This document shows, in pieces, positions 10,231 to 20,415 of a DNA stretch of 64,000 nt (position 1 is its first letter; the number at the start of each line of letters is the position of its first letter). Made by a program: the position numbers and the translations under genes. The notes under the pieces are model-generated. The model made no database searches and was not told where the DNA came from. It saw only the letters and a program-made list of their open reading frames with translations. The DNA is from Promethearchaeota archaeon (lineage in GTDB: Archaea > Asgardarchaeota > Lokiarchaeia > Sigyniarchaeales > SOKP01), in NCBI GenBank assembly GCA_029838195.1, contig JALGVJ010000016.1:1-64000 (forward strand), written 5' to 3'.

Positions 10231-11525
10231 AACTTTTCACTTTTTGCTATTGTTGAAATAGGTATATATAAGATGAAGGTTGCCCCTTCATTCAGGGTGC
10301 TTTCAACCTTAATTTTTCCTCCATGTTTTTCTAAAATATCAACTACGATGGATAAACCTAAACCAAATCCTTTTGATTTTGTCGTAAAAAGGGGGTCAAA
10401 AATTTTTTTTAAATTCTCATTTGGAATTCCAACACCCGTATCTTTAATTATTATTTTTGCGAAATCGTGTTCTTTTATCGTATTAATTTCTAATGTGCCA
10501 CCGTTCGGCATCGCATCTACTGCGTTAGAGATGATATTTTGAAATGCTTGCTGCATTAAGGAGGCATCTAATAAAAGAGGGGGTATATTATCATCAAAAT
10601 TTCTAATAATCGTGATATCATGGGGGATTTCTATCTCTTGAATTATACATGCAATTAATTCATTTATTGCGCATTCTTCAAAAGAAGGTTCTTTTGCTCT
10701 CGTAAAATCAAGAATGTTAGAAATAATCTTTTCAGCTTTAGCAATCTGCTCATTCAGAATTGATAAATGTTTTTTTACTTTTTCCTCCGGATTTTTTAAT
10801 TTCATGGTTAAATAATAAACAGCGTTATTCATTACAGCAAGAGGACCCCGTAATTCATGACCGATGGCACTGGCAAATGTCCCCAAATGTATTAATTTAT
10901 CCTTGCGTATCATATCTTCTTGAAGTTCTTTAATTTCTTCTACCCGCTCTTCTACTTTCCTTTCTAATTCCACGTTTAATTTTAACAATTTTTCTTCATA
11001 TTCCCGCTGTTCCGTGATATCTTCAAAAGTGAGGAGAATCATGTCTGATTGTTCCCTTTCTTTAATTAATTTTCTGGCATTAAGAAGTAGGATTCGTTTG
11101 CCTAGATCTTCAGAATCATACTCTATCTCATACCCTTCAAAAGTGGTATTTTTCGGAAGAATGTCTTCGAGTAATTGGCGGAGTTTAGGAATATTCCATT
11201 GGTGCTTTTTTAATTCATAGAATAATTTATTTTCACATTCCAAAGATGTGAGCTTAAAAGTGTCGGAAAAACTTTTATTTGCCATGATAACGCGCATGTT
11301 TTTATCCAAAACGATTAATGGTTCGCGTACCGTTCTTATAATACTTTCTGCTAACTCCAATGCGTCTCTAATCTCTAATTCTAAGTTTTTTTTCTCGTCA
11401 ATATTTCGACACATTTTAAAAAAATTTTTAAAACTATTTTTTTTATTAAAAACAAATCGCTTAAATCTTCCAAATAATGAACCTTTTCTAAAAAATCGAA
11501 AAACTATTTGACATTTTTTTGTCAA
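10227..11525 (-). CDS. PAS sensor histidine kinase (start uncertain, N-terminus possibly truncated)
   Basis: H-box IGHELRGPL, NIISNAVDAM, DTGVG, FTTKSKGFGLGL; PAS VREPLIVLD; orphan PAC-like RNIDEKK near the N-terminus. Confidence 0.9.
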   Translation of the reverse strand: MTKKCQIVFRFFRKGSLFGRFKRFVFNKKNSFKNFFKMCRNIDEKKNLELEIRDALELAESIIRTVREPLIVLDKNMRVIMANKSFSDTFKLTSLECENKLFYELKKHQWNIPKLRQLLEDILPKNTTFEGYEIEYDSEDLGKRILLLNARKLIKEREQSDMILLTFEDITEQREYEEKLLKLNVELERKVEERVEEIKELQEDMIRKDKLIHLGTFASAIGHELRGPLAVMNNAVYYLTMKLKNPEEKVKKHLSILNEQIAKAEKIISNILDFTRAKEPSFEECAINELIACIIQEIEIPHDITIIRNFDDNIPPLLLDASLMQQAFQNIISNAVDAMPNGGTLEINTIKEHDFAKIIIKDTGVGIPNENLKKIFDPLFTTKSKGFGLGLSIVVDILEKHGGKIKVESTLNEGATFILYIPISTIAKSEKL

Positions 11526-11729
11526 ATTCCAACTATAATGTAATATTCATTAGCGTATAAATATATTTACTTTTTTTTTCATAAATCAAATTCCTCTTAA
11601 AAGTAATTCATTCTTACTTTAAATAGATCGCATACATGACACACTTCTAAATCAAATATTTGAATTTTCTTATTTTCCTCATGAAGAGACTTCTGATTAT
11701 TGGAGCAAGGGATAACCCATATAAAAGCT

Positions 11730-11956
11730 CTTGGATTTATCATGGGAAAAAAAGATGGTGCGATAGTTGGATTAACGAGTTTTGTTATTTTTGTATTGGT
11801 CCAATCGTCTTTATGGGAACATTAAATGCCTTTTTCATTTACTATATTTCCGAAATCCTATTTATGACGTTACATTTAATTGGTAATACATTAGGATTTA
11901 TTTTTATATTGCCCGGATTGATTCAAGTAATTTATAAGATCTTAAAGCAAACTTAA
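11730..11956 (+). pseudogene. Fragment of a membrane protein, ECF S-component-like
   Basis: One frame reads LGFIMGKKDGAIVGLTSFVIF and another ends ..LHLIGNTLGFIFILPGL; the frame is broken and there is no plausible N-terminus. Confidence 0.4.
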
Positions 11957-12383
11957 AAAATTAAATTGTTTTTTAAGATTTTTTTTTTAATGCTTTGACC
12001 TAATAAACCTAATTATTTACATGTTGCATTAAAACACACTGAAAGATAAATTACATGTTCACTTTAGCTTTACCGGTTTTATTCAATTAATATTTATAAC
12101 TCTTTAATAATTGATTGAATTAACCATGAAGAGTTCTTTTTTAATGGTTTATATTGGAAGTTCCATAAAATTAAGGGGGATATTTAATTTTAATTGTTTT
12201 TTTAATGCATTCCGTAGAGAGCAATCTACGGTCCACCTTTCACTAGCATTTATTGAGAGGTATCATTCCATTATTATTATTTTACTTGAAATAATGCTTG
12301 AAATATTCATGTTCTTTCCCATATTTTTTTCGTATAATGGTTTTTAACGTTCCAATGTCCGCACGCTGTTTTACTTTTTCTCA

Positions 12384-12749
12384 TCAACATCCAGGGTCAG
12401 GCTGTAAATCAATTACGCTATCTGGATATAAATTGAACTCAATATTTTCTCTTAAAGGCATGAATTTTCTTAAATTTCCTTCCTCATCAGGGCCATACGC
12501 TTGAAGTCCTACATCGTCATATATTTTATTCTCTCGGGGATCCCAAAATAATTGGAGATAGTTTTGTATGTAGCCTTTAAAAAGAGGAAATATGGAGTTC
12601 TCAGGATGTTCTATGTCTTGCTTGTCGACCATGGCTAATGCTTCCACGAAAGTTGCGTCGTCTTTAACATGTACAATAAATTTCTTTCCTTGCGACATTC
12701 CGCTTAAATTCACGCTAATGTTAAAGGTAATCTTCTTTAATTTACTCAC
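12384..12749 (-). CDS. Ubiquitin/MoaD-like beta-grasp protein ending in Gly-Cys
   Basis: Beta-grasp pattern (ITFNISV..KFIVHV..ATFVEALAMV..FNLYPDSVIDLQPDPGC); GTG start behind AAAAGGGAG. Confidence 0.6.
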   Translation of the reverse strand: MSKLKKITFNISVNLSGMSQGKKFIVHVKDDATFVEALAMVDKQDIEHPENSIFPLFKGYIQNYLQLFWDPRENKIYDDVGLQAYGPDEEGNLRKFMPLRENIEFNLYPDSVIDLQPDPGC

Positions 12750-12882
12750 CTCCCTTTTAATTTTTATTCATTATATGAAGTTATATTTTGAAATTTTCTT
12801 ATTAGATTATATTTTAATTTCCGTGGTGATTCTCTTATCTTAGGGGAATACCTGCTTCAATTATTTGCATGATCTATATTGT

Positions 12883-13347
12883 TTATATCTCCTTTTCTTT
12901 TTCGGATGGAAGGCTACAACACGACGATCCTAAATACGGTTTGATAAATTTTTCATCAGATTCCAAGAAATTCTTGTCTGTTTCCGAATTCTTTAATGGA
13001 TCTTCTAAATTGCAGCACGAATTTCCCATATCACCACAACAATTATTAATTGTACCGGTTATCTTATTGTTTTTTACTCGTTCCCTAGCATCCCATAAGC
13101 ATCCACAGCCCTGCTGTTCTTGCATTATGATGGCATTCTCTGGACAATTTTTGAAATATGCACCACATTCAATACATACTTCTTGCTTAGTTATTCCGTA
13201 TTTTCCGTCCTCCTTGGGCTCCAGCAAACCAAATGGGCATACTTCAGCACATTTTCCGCAACCCACACAAGCAGCAGGATTGATAAAAACCCTTAGATTT
13301 TCTATTTGGGCATTTAGTTTTGTTGGAATGGTTTTATTTATTATCGT
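12883..13347 (-). CDS. HgcB-like 2x[4Fe-4S] ferredoxin with Cys-Cys-rich tail (possibly decaying)
   Basis: CVGCGKCAEVCP and CIECGA(Y)FKNCP, then GCGC and three CC pairs; no in-frame ATG upstream of the first Cys, but ACG at 13347 follows AAGGAG. Confidence 0.7.
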   Translation of the reverse strand, partial: TIINKTIPTKLNAQIENLRVFINPAACVGCGKCAEVCPFGLLEPKEDGKYGITKQEVCIECGAYFKNCPENAIIMQEQQGCGCLWDARERVKNNKITGTINNCCGDMGNSCCNLEDPLKNSETDKNFLESDEKFIKPYLGSSCCSLPSEKEKEI

Positions 13348-13701
13348 GATAATCTCCTTAATATAATTTAAATAATTAATATTAAAGTTAACATTAATAG
13401 CTCCAGCATGGTGAAAGGTTCGTGTTTGGACATGACATTGAAGTCGCCTGGAATAAAAAAATATTTACATCATTTGCTTAATTTAGAAAAACTTCTCTCT
13501 TTCTTGAAAATCTCTCTCTTTTTAAAGCTATTTCATGTTAAGCGTATCCTTTAAATAATATTAATATAAGAAAAAGCCTAATTAGATTTATACTTATCGA
13601 TTTGGATGTAGATGACGTTCTTTTTCTATAAAAGAAGTAAATATAAATAAATTCTTTTTTATATTAGTAATAACAATGTAAAACCTTATTTTTAAAGGGA
13701 A

Positions 13702-14094
13702 ATGAAAGCAGAAAGAAAGGAAGAATTAATTGGCATGCTAGGTTCCTGTTGTTTAAAAGATACTCCATTAAATTATTTTAAGAAATTAAGAGAAAAAGGA
13801 CGAGAACTTCAATCCTTGGTAAAATTCTTGAATTTAGCCAATTTTGGTTCTGCGATTTCTTCTCGCGAGCGATTAATCCTTTTAACGGCTTTAAACGAGC
13901 AAGACCTTTGCGTGTGCGAATTAGAAATTATCTTGCATAAATCGCAATCAACGGTATCCCATCATCTACGGAAACTTGAAAGAGCTAAATTAATTAAAAG
14001 TTATAAAAAAGGTAATTATACTTATTATCATTTGGAAAAAGAAAAATTAAGGGAAATTATTGACTTCCTAACTACTACTTTTTTTGAGAACTAG
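13702..14094 (+). CDS. arsR: ArsR/SmtB family metalloregulator
   Basis: DLCVCEL alpha3 site, SQSTVSHHLRKL HTH, N-terminal CC. Confidence 0.9.
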   Translation: MKAERKEELIGMLGSCCLKDTPLNYFKKLREKGRELQSLVKFLNLANFGSAISSRERLILLTALNEQDLCVCELEIILHKSQSTVSHHLRKLERAKLIKSYKKGNYTYYHLEKEKLREIIDFLTTTFFEN

Positions 14095-14387
14095 AACTCC
14101 TTTTAATTAGAATTTACGCATTTCCATGAGACTTTAATTCTATGAGACTTTAAAACTATCTTTACATGAGTCTCAAAATTCCTTGAAGTGCCTCTATAAT
14201 CAGTTAATTCTCCCAAATTCACTCCCACTTGGAGCAATAATACTTTTTTTTCTAATACATGAATAAAAATAAAAAACTTAAAACACGTCGTTCTTTTTTT
14301 TCCGAATATTTTTCTTGAATCACGGATTAAAAATTCTAATCAATTATTTCATGTGATTAACAATATAAAAAGGAGCACAAAAAATCC

Positions 14388-15344
14388 ATGCAAAAAAACA
14401 AATCAAAAATTCCTTTAATCATGGACACGGACATGGGGCCCGATGATTGGTTTGCCATTTTATATTTGGGTAAAAGAAACGATATCGAGTTAAAAGCAAT
14501 TACAATAAGCGGAACAGGAGAAGCCCATGGACCTAAGGGGGCCATTAATTGCCTCAAATTGCTAAAATTGATAAATAAGAATGATATTCCCGTGTCTTTT
14601 GGTCCTGATACTCCCTTAATTCATGACCATCATTTTCCTAAATTAATGCGCTTTGTCATTGATAAAATGTTATTTTTAAAACTTCCTAAAACGAAAAAAA
14701 GACCCCATAGCATGTCAGCTGTAGAATTCTTAAACCAATTCCTTATCAATTCCGATGATAAAATTACTTTTTTAGCAACGGGGCCACTAACTAATTTAGC
14801 ACTTCTATTTAATCGTTATCCTGCCGTGAAAGATAAAATCGCCAAAATATATCTCATGGGAGGTGCAATTGACGTGGCAGGTAATATTTCAAGCGTGAAT
14901 AAATCTATTAATAATCCGCATGCTGAATGGAATATTTATTGCGATCCTAAAGCAGCGAATATTGTTTTTCAATCCAGCATTCCCATCGTGATGGTCCCTT
15001 TAGATGCCACGAATCATGTTCTTGTAGATGAGGAATTTGTACAATTTGCTAAAGAAAATAATGATAATCCGATTTCAGCTCTCCTCTTTCGCCTTTTAAA
15101 ACGATTTGGTTCCCGAATAGAAAAAGGTATGGTTTCCTTATGGGATGCGGTAGCAGCTTCCGTAATTGGAAGAGAACATGTCGCACAAATAGAAGAGCGA
15201 AAACTCATCGTGATTGAAGATGAAGGACCAGAGTCGGGGCGCACGAAAGAAGATCTCCAAAAAGGCGTTCTCGTGAATGCGTGCATGAAAATTGATAAAG
15301 AACAATTCGTCTCGCATTTTTTTAAAACGATTCTTCAAGAATGA
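14388..15344 (+). CDS. Inosine/uridine-preferring nucleoside hydrolase
   Basis: DTDMGPDD, TGPLTNLA, MGG, AEWNIYCDP, PLDAT, LWD. Confidence 0.92.
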   Translation: MQKNKSKIPLIMDTDMGPDDWFAILYLGKRNDIELKAITISGTGEAHGPKGAINCLKLLKLINKNDIPVSFGPDTPLIHDHHFPKLMRFVIDKMLFLKLPKTKKRPHSMSAVEFLNQFLINSDDKITFLATGPLTNLALLFNRYPAVKDKIAKIYLMGGAIDVAGNISSVNKSINNPHAEWNIYCDPKAANIVFQSSIPIVMVPLDATNHVLVDEEFVQFAKENNDNPISALLFRLLKRFGSRIEKGMVSLWDAVAASVIGREHVAQIEERKLIVIEDEGPESGRTKEDLQKGVLVNACMKIDKEQFVSHFFKTILQE

Positions 15345-15477
15345 TTTTCTATTAAAAACTCTTTATGCCCTCAAGATTATTCGAAAAAATAAAAAAGAAA
15401 AAAAAGACTTAAAAACGGATAAAAAACCCATTAATAATACTTATATAAAGTTTCCACCAAAATTTTGCCATTATCCG

Positions 15478-17166
15478 CTATTTCTTCTTAAATTTATTCA
15501 CGACTCTAACCACGCGCTCGTGAGTGGCTTCATTTCCAAAATTATCCATGACCTTCACTCGAACCTTATAACTTCCCGCTTTTCTGTAAGCATGAATCAT
15601 CAAGAGATTATCTGAAATGGTGCCATCTCCTAGATCCCATTCATAAGAAACTAAAATGCTTTCGGGATTAGAAATTACGGATGGGACAAAGAAGCCAAAA
15701 TCTCCAACCGTTAAAATCTCAGGAACTATATGAAAATTAATAAAGGGTTTTTCCACATTTTCCTTTCGCTTGATAAATTTTTCCATTTCGATGGGTTTCT
15801 GATCCACTTTTTTGATATCTTCGGCCGGAGTTGCATGTATTTTATTGATAATCTCAACATGCGCCTTGGCAGAACGTTCTAGCTGTTCCGGGCGAATTAT
15901 TTCTAATGTATCTAATTCCGTATGGTATAAGGGCGATTTCCCGATGATCAATAGCGAGGGGACTCCTTTCACGGCAAAAGGAGCATAATCTCCTACTTTT
16001 AGTGCCAGTGCAGATAGATACGCTGCTGGTAATAATTTATATTTTAACACGGCATCCGCTGCAAATGAATATAGAAGAGCATTATCCGTAAAAATCCCCC
16101 GTCTCTCATCTAAATTGGTAGGAACTAATCCTCCATCTGCTTGATTGTAATATCCATTGCTTCCAAAGCCATCCAATTCAATAAATGTGGCAATTTTAGA
16201 TACGATGTCCGGATGCGTTTCTGCGAATGATCTAGATCCGATAGAATCGCATTCATGGCCCGTCCATCCTGCAAAAATCATAGTTTTTTCTCGCTTTTCT
16301 AATGGTAATCGTGCATAATATTTCGCAAGAACGATTAATCCTGCATTAGCGGCAGCATTGTCCATGGCTCCGGTAAAAGTGCAATCCACATGAGTTCCCA
16401 AAAAGATGATATCTTCCGTTTTGCCGGGTAGAGTCCCAATTATGGTGTTGCTCAATGCGGGTTCCGTTTTTGATACAAGAGTAAATCTCACCTTTAATTT
16501 CTTATGATATCGGGTACAAAGATGCTTTAGATATTGGCCATCATAATTATTTACGCATAATACCGGTAAGGAAAGAGAAGGAACGGTATCAAGAGACGGT
16601 AAATCATACATGCTAATATAATTCGTATAAGAAATGGTATCTAAGGGAGAACCATTAATACAAATAACAGCAAGTGCCCCTCTCTTTTGAGCTGTTTGAA
16701 TGGTGTTAAATAATTTCATGCTATGTGTCGGATAAAAATTCAAGAGCAATTTTCCTTCTATTAACGCAATCTTTCCTTTCACGTCATTTTCTCTAAAATC
16801 ACTTTTGGTTCCATATCCTGCCCAAACTACCTCTTCTTCTATTCCTTCTAAAGGTGTAGAGGGACTCCACCAAGACGGAAATGTTTTAATCACGTGATCT
16901 TCTGAAACTGCTGGTGTTTCATCTGCTAAAACCATTAATTCATGATTTTCCGCATGCCAGCGTGTAAAGTTTACTTGCTCTTTCTTAACATCTTCAAGGC
17001 CAACTTCTTTGAGCTTATCATAAATGTAGTTTTCCGCTTCCCGTGCAGGAGCCGTCCCCGCACGCCGATATCCAAAATTGCATAAATCTTTAGCAATTTG
17101 ATATAACTCGTCTCCTTTAATATCAATATTAGTTGAATTTTCCATTATGCTACCTCCATTAAACAT
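15478..17166 (-). CDS. M28-family hydrolase with PA domain and C-terminal PKD domain
   Basis: GTHVD, GAMDNAA, YHTELDT; PA (GYG..DVKGKIAL); PKD WDLGDG..HAYRKAGSY. Confidence 0.85.
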   Translation of the reverse strand: MFNGGSIMENSTNIDIKGDELYQIAKDLCNFGYRRAGTAPAREAENYIYDKLKEVGLEDVKKEQVNFTRWHAENHELMVLADETPAVSEDHVIKTFPSWWSPSTPLEGIEEEVVWAGYGTKSDFRENDVKGKIALIEGKLLLNFYPTHSMKLFNTIQTAQKRGALAVICINGSPLDTISYTNYISMYDLPSLDTVPSLSLPVLCVNNYDGQYLKHLCTRYHKKLKVRFTLVSKTEPALSNTIIGTLPGKTEDIIFLGTHVDCTFTGAMDNAAANAGLIVLAKYYARLPLEKREKTMIFAGWTGHECDSIGSRSFAETHPDIVSKIATFIELDGFGSNGYYNQADGGLVPTNLDERRGIFTDNALLYSFAADAVLKYKLLPAAYLSALALKVGDYAPFAVKGVPSLLIIGKSPLYHTELDTLEIIRPEQLERSAKAHVEIINKIHATPAEDIKKVDQKPIEMEKFIKRKENVEKPFINFHIVPEILTVGDFGFFVPSVISNPESILVSYEWDLGDGTISDNLLMIHAYRKAGSYKVRVKVMDNFGNEATHERVVRVVNKFKKK

Positions 17167-17184
17167 TAATTTTTCAAGCTATTT

Positions 17185-18588
17185 TTACTTCAAATCCTCT
17201 CGAGTTAATTTATCAATTGACCGAATAATATCTATATACGCATTCACCACGGGCTCAAATATTTTTACTGCTAGTTTATCCATCGTATCAATAGGATTGT
17301 AAATATAAAATGGAGCGGAAGCTAAACTAATGACAGTTACATTTTCTCGCTCAAAAGGCCCTCCCTCCGTTGGAACCCCTCCCAAAGGATTATCCGTGGG
17401 TAAAATTAATGAGCGTTTTAAATCATGATTTATTACCGCATTTTTTACAATCGACACGAGAGGATCAAAATCAGAAACGAAAATGGCACGAGGTTCCGTC
17501 AGACCTGTTAAAACCAATTCACCATTTTGCTCCAAGCATTCTTTAGCAATGTGTTCAATGTGAATGGAAGTGAAAATCTTTGGAATCCAATCGTTTTTAT
17601 GAATCTCAAGGAATTTCTTGCCCCCAATCTCTTCGTAAAAATGTCCCGCCGTGAATAAAAATAAAAGTGTTTTGTTAAATGTCTTAGGAGGAAATTGAGC
17701 AAAATATTTCGCTAAAGCTAAGACCATGCCCGATCCCGAAGCGTCTTGGACGGCATTATTAAATGGAGCATCATGATGAGAAGACACTAAGATGATGTCA
17801 TCCGTTTTACCGGGAATAATTCCCATTATATTAGAAGTAGTACCCTTCGATTTCTTCCCCTTTTGAATTAGCGTGCCTTTAATGGGGGTATCTTTATTTT
17901 CTCTCAATAATTTTTTCAGTTTTTTACCCTCTTCACGACCCAGATATAATCCCGGAATAGGTCGAGGATCGCTAGCAGTATCATCTGCCGGATAAAAATA
18001 TTCTTTCAATCCCCCCGGATGATCCTTGAGGATTCCTATAACACCTATTGCCCCGTTTTCAAACGCCCGGTAAAATGCATCCCAATTCAAGAACCGAAAA
18101 GTAGCCGCATGAGAATACGTGTCAGGAAGTGTATTATCCGGGTCATGAACGTGATAAGCTATCTTTTTTAGCGGCCCGACTGATAGGGGAGGATTCCGGA
18201 AATCTATAACAGCGATCTTCCCTTTCACGTCATGTTTTTGAAAATCCACCTCTCGTCCTGTTTGAACCGCTACCAATTCTCCTGTAATCCCTTCTGGGCC
18301 CGTGAATTCCGTATATACAAAAAAATAACAAGGAATTTCCTCTTTTTTTCCATCCACTTCTATGAAAAATTTCCAATCCTCCGGCTCCCAGAGCGGTATT
18401 TCGATATCTTCCCTTCTAACATCTGAAATTCCAAATTCTCTTAATAACCTCTCAAAATAGTTTTCCACCTTCTTATCCGCTTCCGAACCAGGTCTCCTAT
18501 ACCCCATATCACATACATTTTGTATCCAAGACAAAATCTCTTCTTTCTTTGGTACGATAATATTTTTTTCGTTCATGATTTTTTTCAA
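17185..18588 (-). CDS. M28-family hydrolase with PA domain (atypical active site)
   Basis: SSHHD, AVQDASG, DVKGKIAV; paralogous to the neighbouring gene. Confidence 0.82.
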   Translation of the reverse strand: MKKIMNEKNIIVPKKEEILSWIQNVCDMGYRRPGSEADKKVENYFERLLREFGISDVRREDIEIPLWEPEDWKFFIEVDGKKEEIPCYFFVYTEFTGPEGITGELVAVQTGREVDFQKHDVKGKIAVIDFRNPPLSVGPLKKIAYHVHDPDNTLPDTYSHAATFRFLNWDAFYRAFENGAIGVIGILKDHPGGLKEYFYPADDTASDPRPIPGLYLGREEGKKLKKLLRENKDTPIKGTLIQKGKKSKGTTSNIMGIIPGKTDDIILVSSHHDAPFNNAVQDASGSGMVLALAKYFAQFPPKTFNKTLLFLFTAGHFYEEIGGKKFLEIHKNDWIPKIFTSIHIEHIAKECLEQNGELVLTGLTEPRAIFVSDFDPLVSIVKNAVINHDLKRSLILPTDNPLGGVPTEGGPFERENVTVISLASAPFYIYNPIDTMDKLAVKIFEPVVNAYIDIIRSIDKLTREDLK

Positions 18589-18685
18589 ATCTTTTTTAAA
18601 TTAATAATTTTATTTACCATCCTAATAAATAAAAATACGTGTATCTATAAATTATAAAAAAAAAAAATTGTTATGATTTGGGACA

Positions 18686-20092
18686 TTACACCTTTAATTC
18701 CATGATCTTCTCTCTAATCATCTTCGCTTTCTCAGGTGTAATATCATAGAATATTAAAAAGATAATAAAGCCCACCGCCATCGTAATTGCCGGAATGATT
18801 CCAAATAAAAGCAAGATTCCTGTCTGTGCCAAGGGCGGCTGAGTATCTGCACCCTCTACAAATCCCGTGAGATCGTGGACTAATGAAAAATAAAAGGCTT
18901 GAGTTACCTTTGCTAGATTCCCAAAGAAACGTCTGAGTCCGGAATATAGCCCTTCTCTTCGCATACCCGTATTGGCGATGGACTCATCGATGACATCACT
19001 GTATACGACATAGTAGAAAGTCCAAAATCCTCCGAGTGCCATACCCCATATAAAAACGAGAACCATCAAGTTAGTCAAGGTATTGATGAAAGTAAAGAAT
19101 ATGGTGATAACGATTAAAGCGATGGCCGAATAAATCATGGTTTTCCGATTATCTCCCGATTTTTTATTATATAAAACCCATATTGGAATTCCACACATGA
19201 CGCCAACAAGTAGTAAGATCATTACATAAAGGACATCTCCTGTATCTCCATATATAATAAACCGAATCCAATAAAGAAACGACGCCTGAACCATGTTTGT
19301 TAAATTAAGATATAACAAGTAAAAGATTAAAAATGCAAAAAGCGATTTGTGTTTAAAAACAAATTTTAATGTTTCTTTAAGTGATTCTTTTTCTTTTTTG
19401 CCATAATTTTCAATGAAAAGTTCTACCATTTCTTTATCGTCTTTTGAACCAGGAAGCATTAAGAAAAAGCAGAAAAAATTAATTATAACGCATAGTAATG
19501 CCATTAAAGTATAAGTGCCTCTGTCGCCGAAGATAACAATGGAAGGGGGCAATAGATTAGCGAAAACAACTCCAACTATTCCAATATAAATGGAAAAAGC
19601 AGATACTTTACGGCGTTCTTCATTTGTCCTGAACTTGTCAGGATATAACGAAAAATAATTATTTGTGAAGAATGTTTCACATGTATCAAAGAGACATAAG
19701 GTAAATACGAGCCATCCAAAAATAATTCCCGGGTTTTCTTGGCCGCTCACGTTTGGAGGATTAAAAATGAGCAGAAATGATATTAACATGGGAATAAATC
19801 CGAAAATAATCCATGGAAAGCGTCGTCCCCATTTTCTCGTGAATCGGAAAGGCCTATCACTGATATATCCAAGCAAAGGGTCATTTATAGCATCCCATAG
19901 GCCATATATTATCAATCCTAACCCCGTTAGCCAAGAAGACAATCCTAATTCGACTTCATAAAAGTAATACAAAATAAATATGAGTACACCTTGAATGAAC
20001 TCATTAATATAAAATCCCGTGCTATATGAGAGCATGGACAAGGTGGAATGGTGGACTTCTCCAATTACAGTGTTCTTGTTCCTATTACTCAA
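18686..20092 (-). CDS. MFS transporter, GPH (MelB-like) family
   Basis: WDAINDPLLGYISDR, WGRRFPW, DVIDE..RREG; about 12 TM segments. Confidence 0.92.
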   Translation of the reverse strand: MSNRNKNTVIGEVHHSTLSMLSYSTGFYINEFIQGVLIFILYYFYEVELGLSSWLTGLGLIIYGLWDAINDPLLGYISDRPFRFTRKWGRRFPWIIFGFIPMLISFLLIFNPPNVSGQENPGIIFGWLVFTLCLFDTCETFFTNNYFSLYPDKFRTNEERRKVSAFSIYIGIVGVVFANLLPPSIVIFGDRGTYTLMALLCVIINFFCFFLMLPGSKDDKEMVELFIENYGKKEKESLKETLKFVFKHKSLFAFLIFYLLYLNLTNMVQASFLYWIRFIIYGDTGDVLYVMILLLVGVMCGIPIWVLYNKKSGDNRKTMIYSAIALIVITIFFTFINTLTNLMVLVFIWGMALGGFWTFYYVVYSDVIDESIANTGMRREGLYSGLRRFFGNLAKVTQAFYFSLVHDLTGFVEGADTQPPLAQTGILLLFGIIPAITMAVGFIIFLIFYDITPEKAKMIREKIMELKV

Positions 20093-20415
20093 GTTTTATC
20101 CCCTATTTTTCCTTTTTTCGTTAGGAAATTTTATATGTAAGTAACATTATGATTAAGTATTATAAATAGGTTTTCTTCGAGGGGATAAATTTTGAATGAA
20201 AAATGTTCAATGAATTTTTCATAAAGTCATTAACATTATTGTAAATAATTTCGTAGTAATTTTGTGAAATAGAATTTTAACCATAGAATTTTATCTCATA
20301 TAAAAAGTAGATATGGAAATATTGGGGAATGGGAATCGAGATTTAAAAATCGAGGAAATTAAAATTATTTCTAAAAACTCCCAAATAAAACAAAAAAAAT
20401 GCTAATTAGAAGACC

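Noticed and set aside
12869-13366. 165-aa plus-strand ORF
   Set aside because: It is antisense to the ferredoxin
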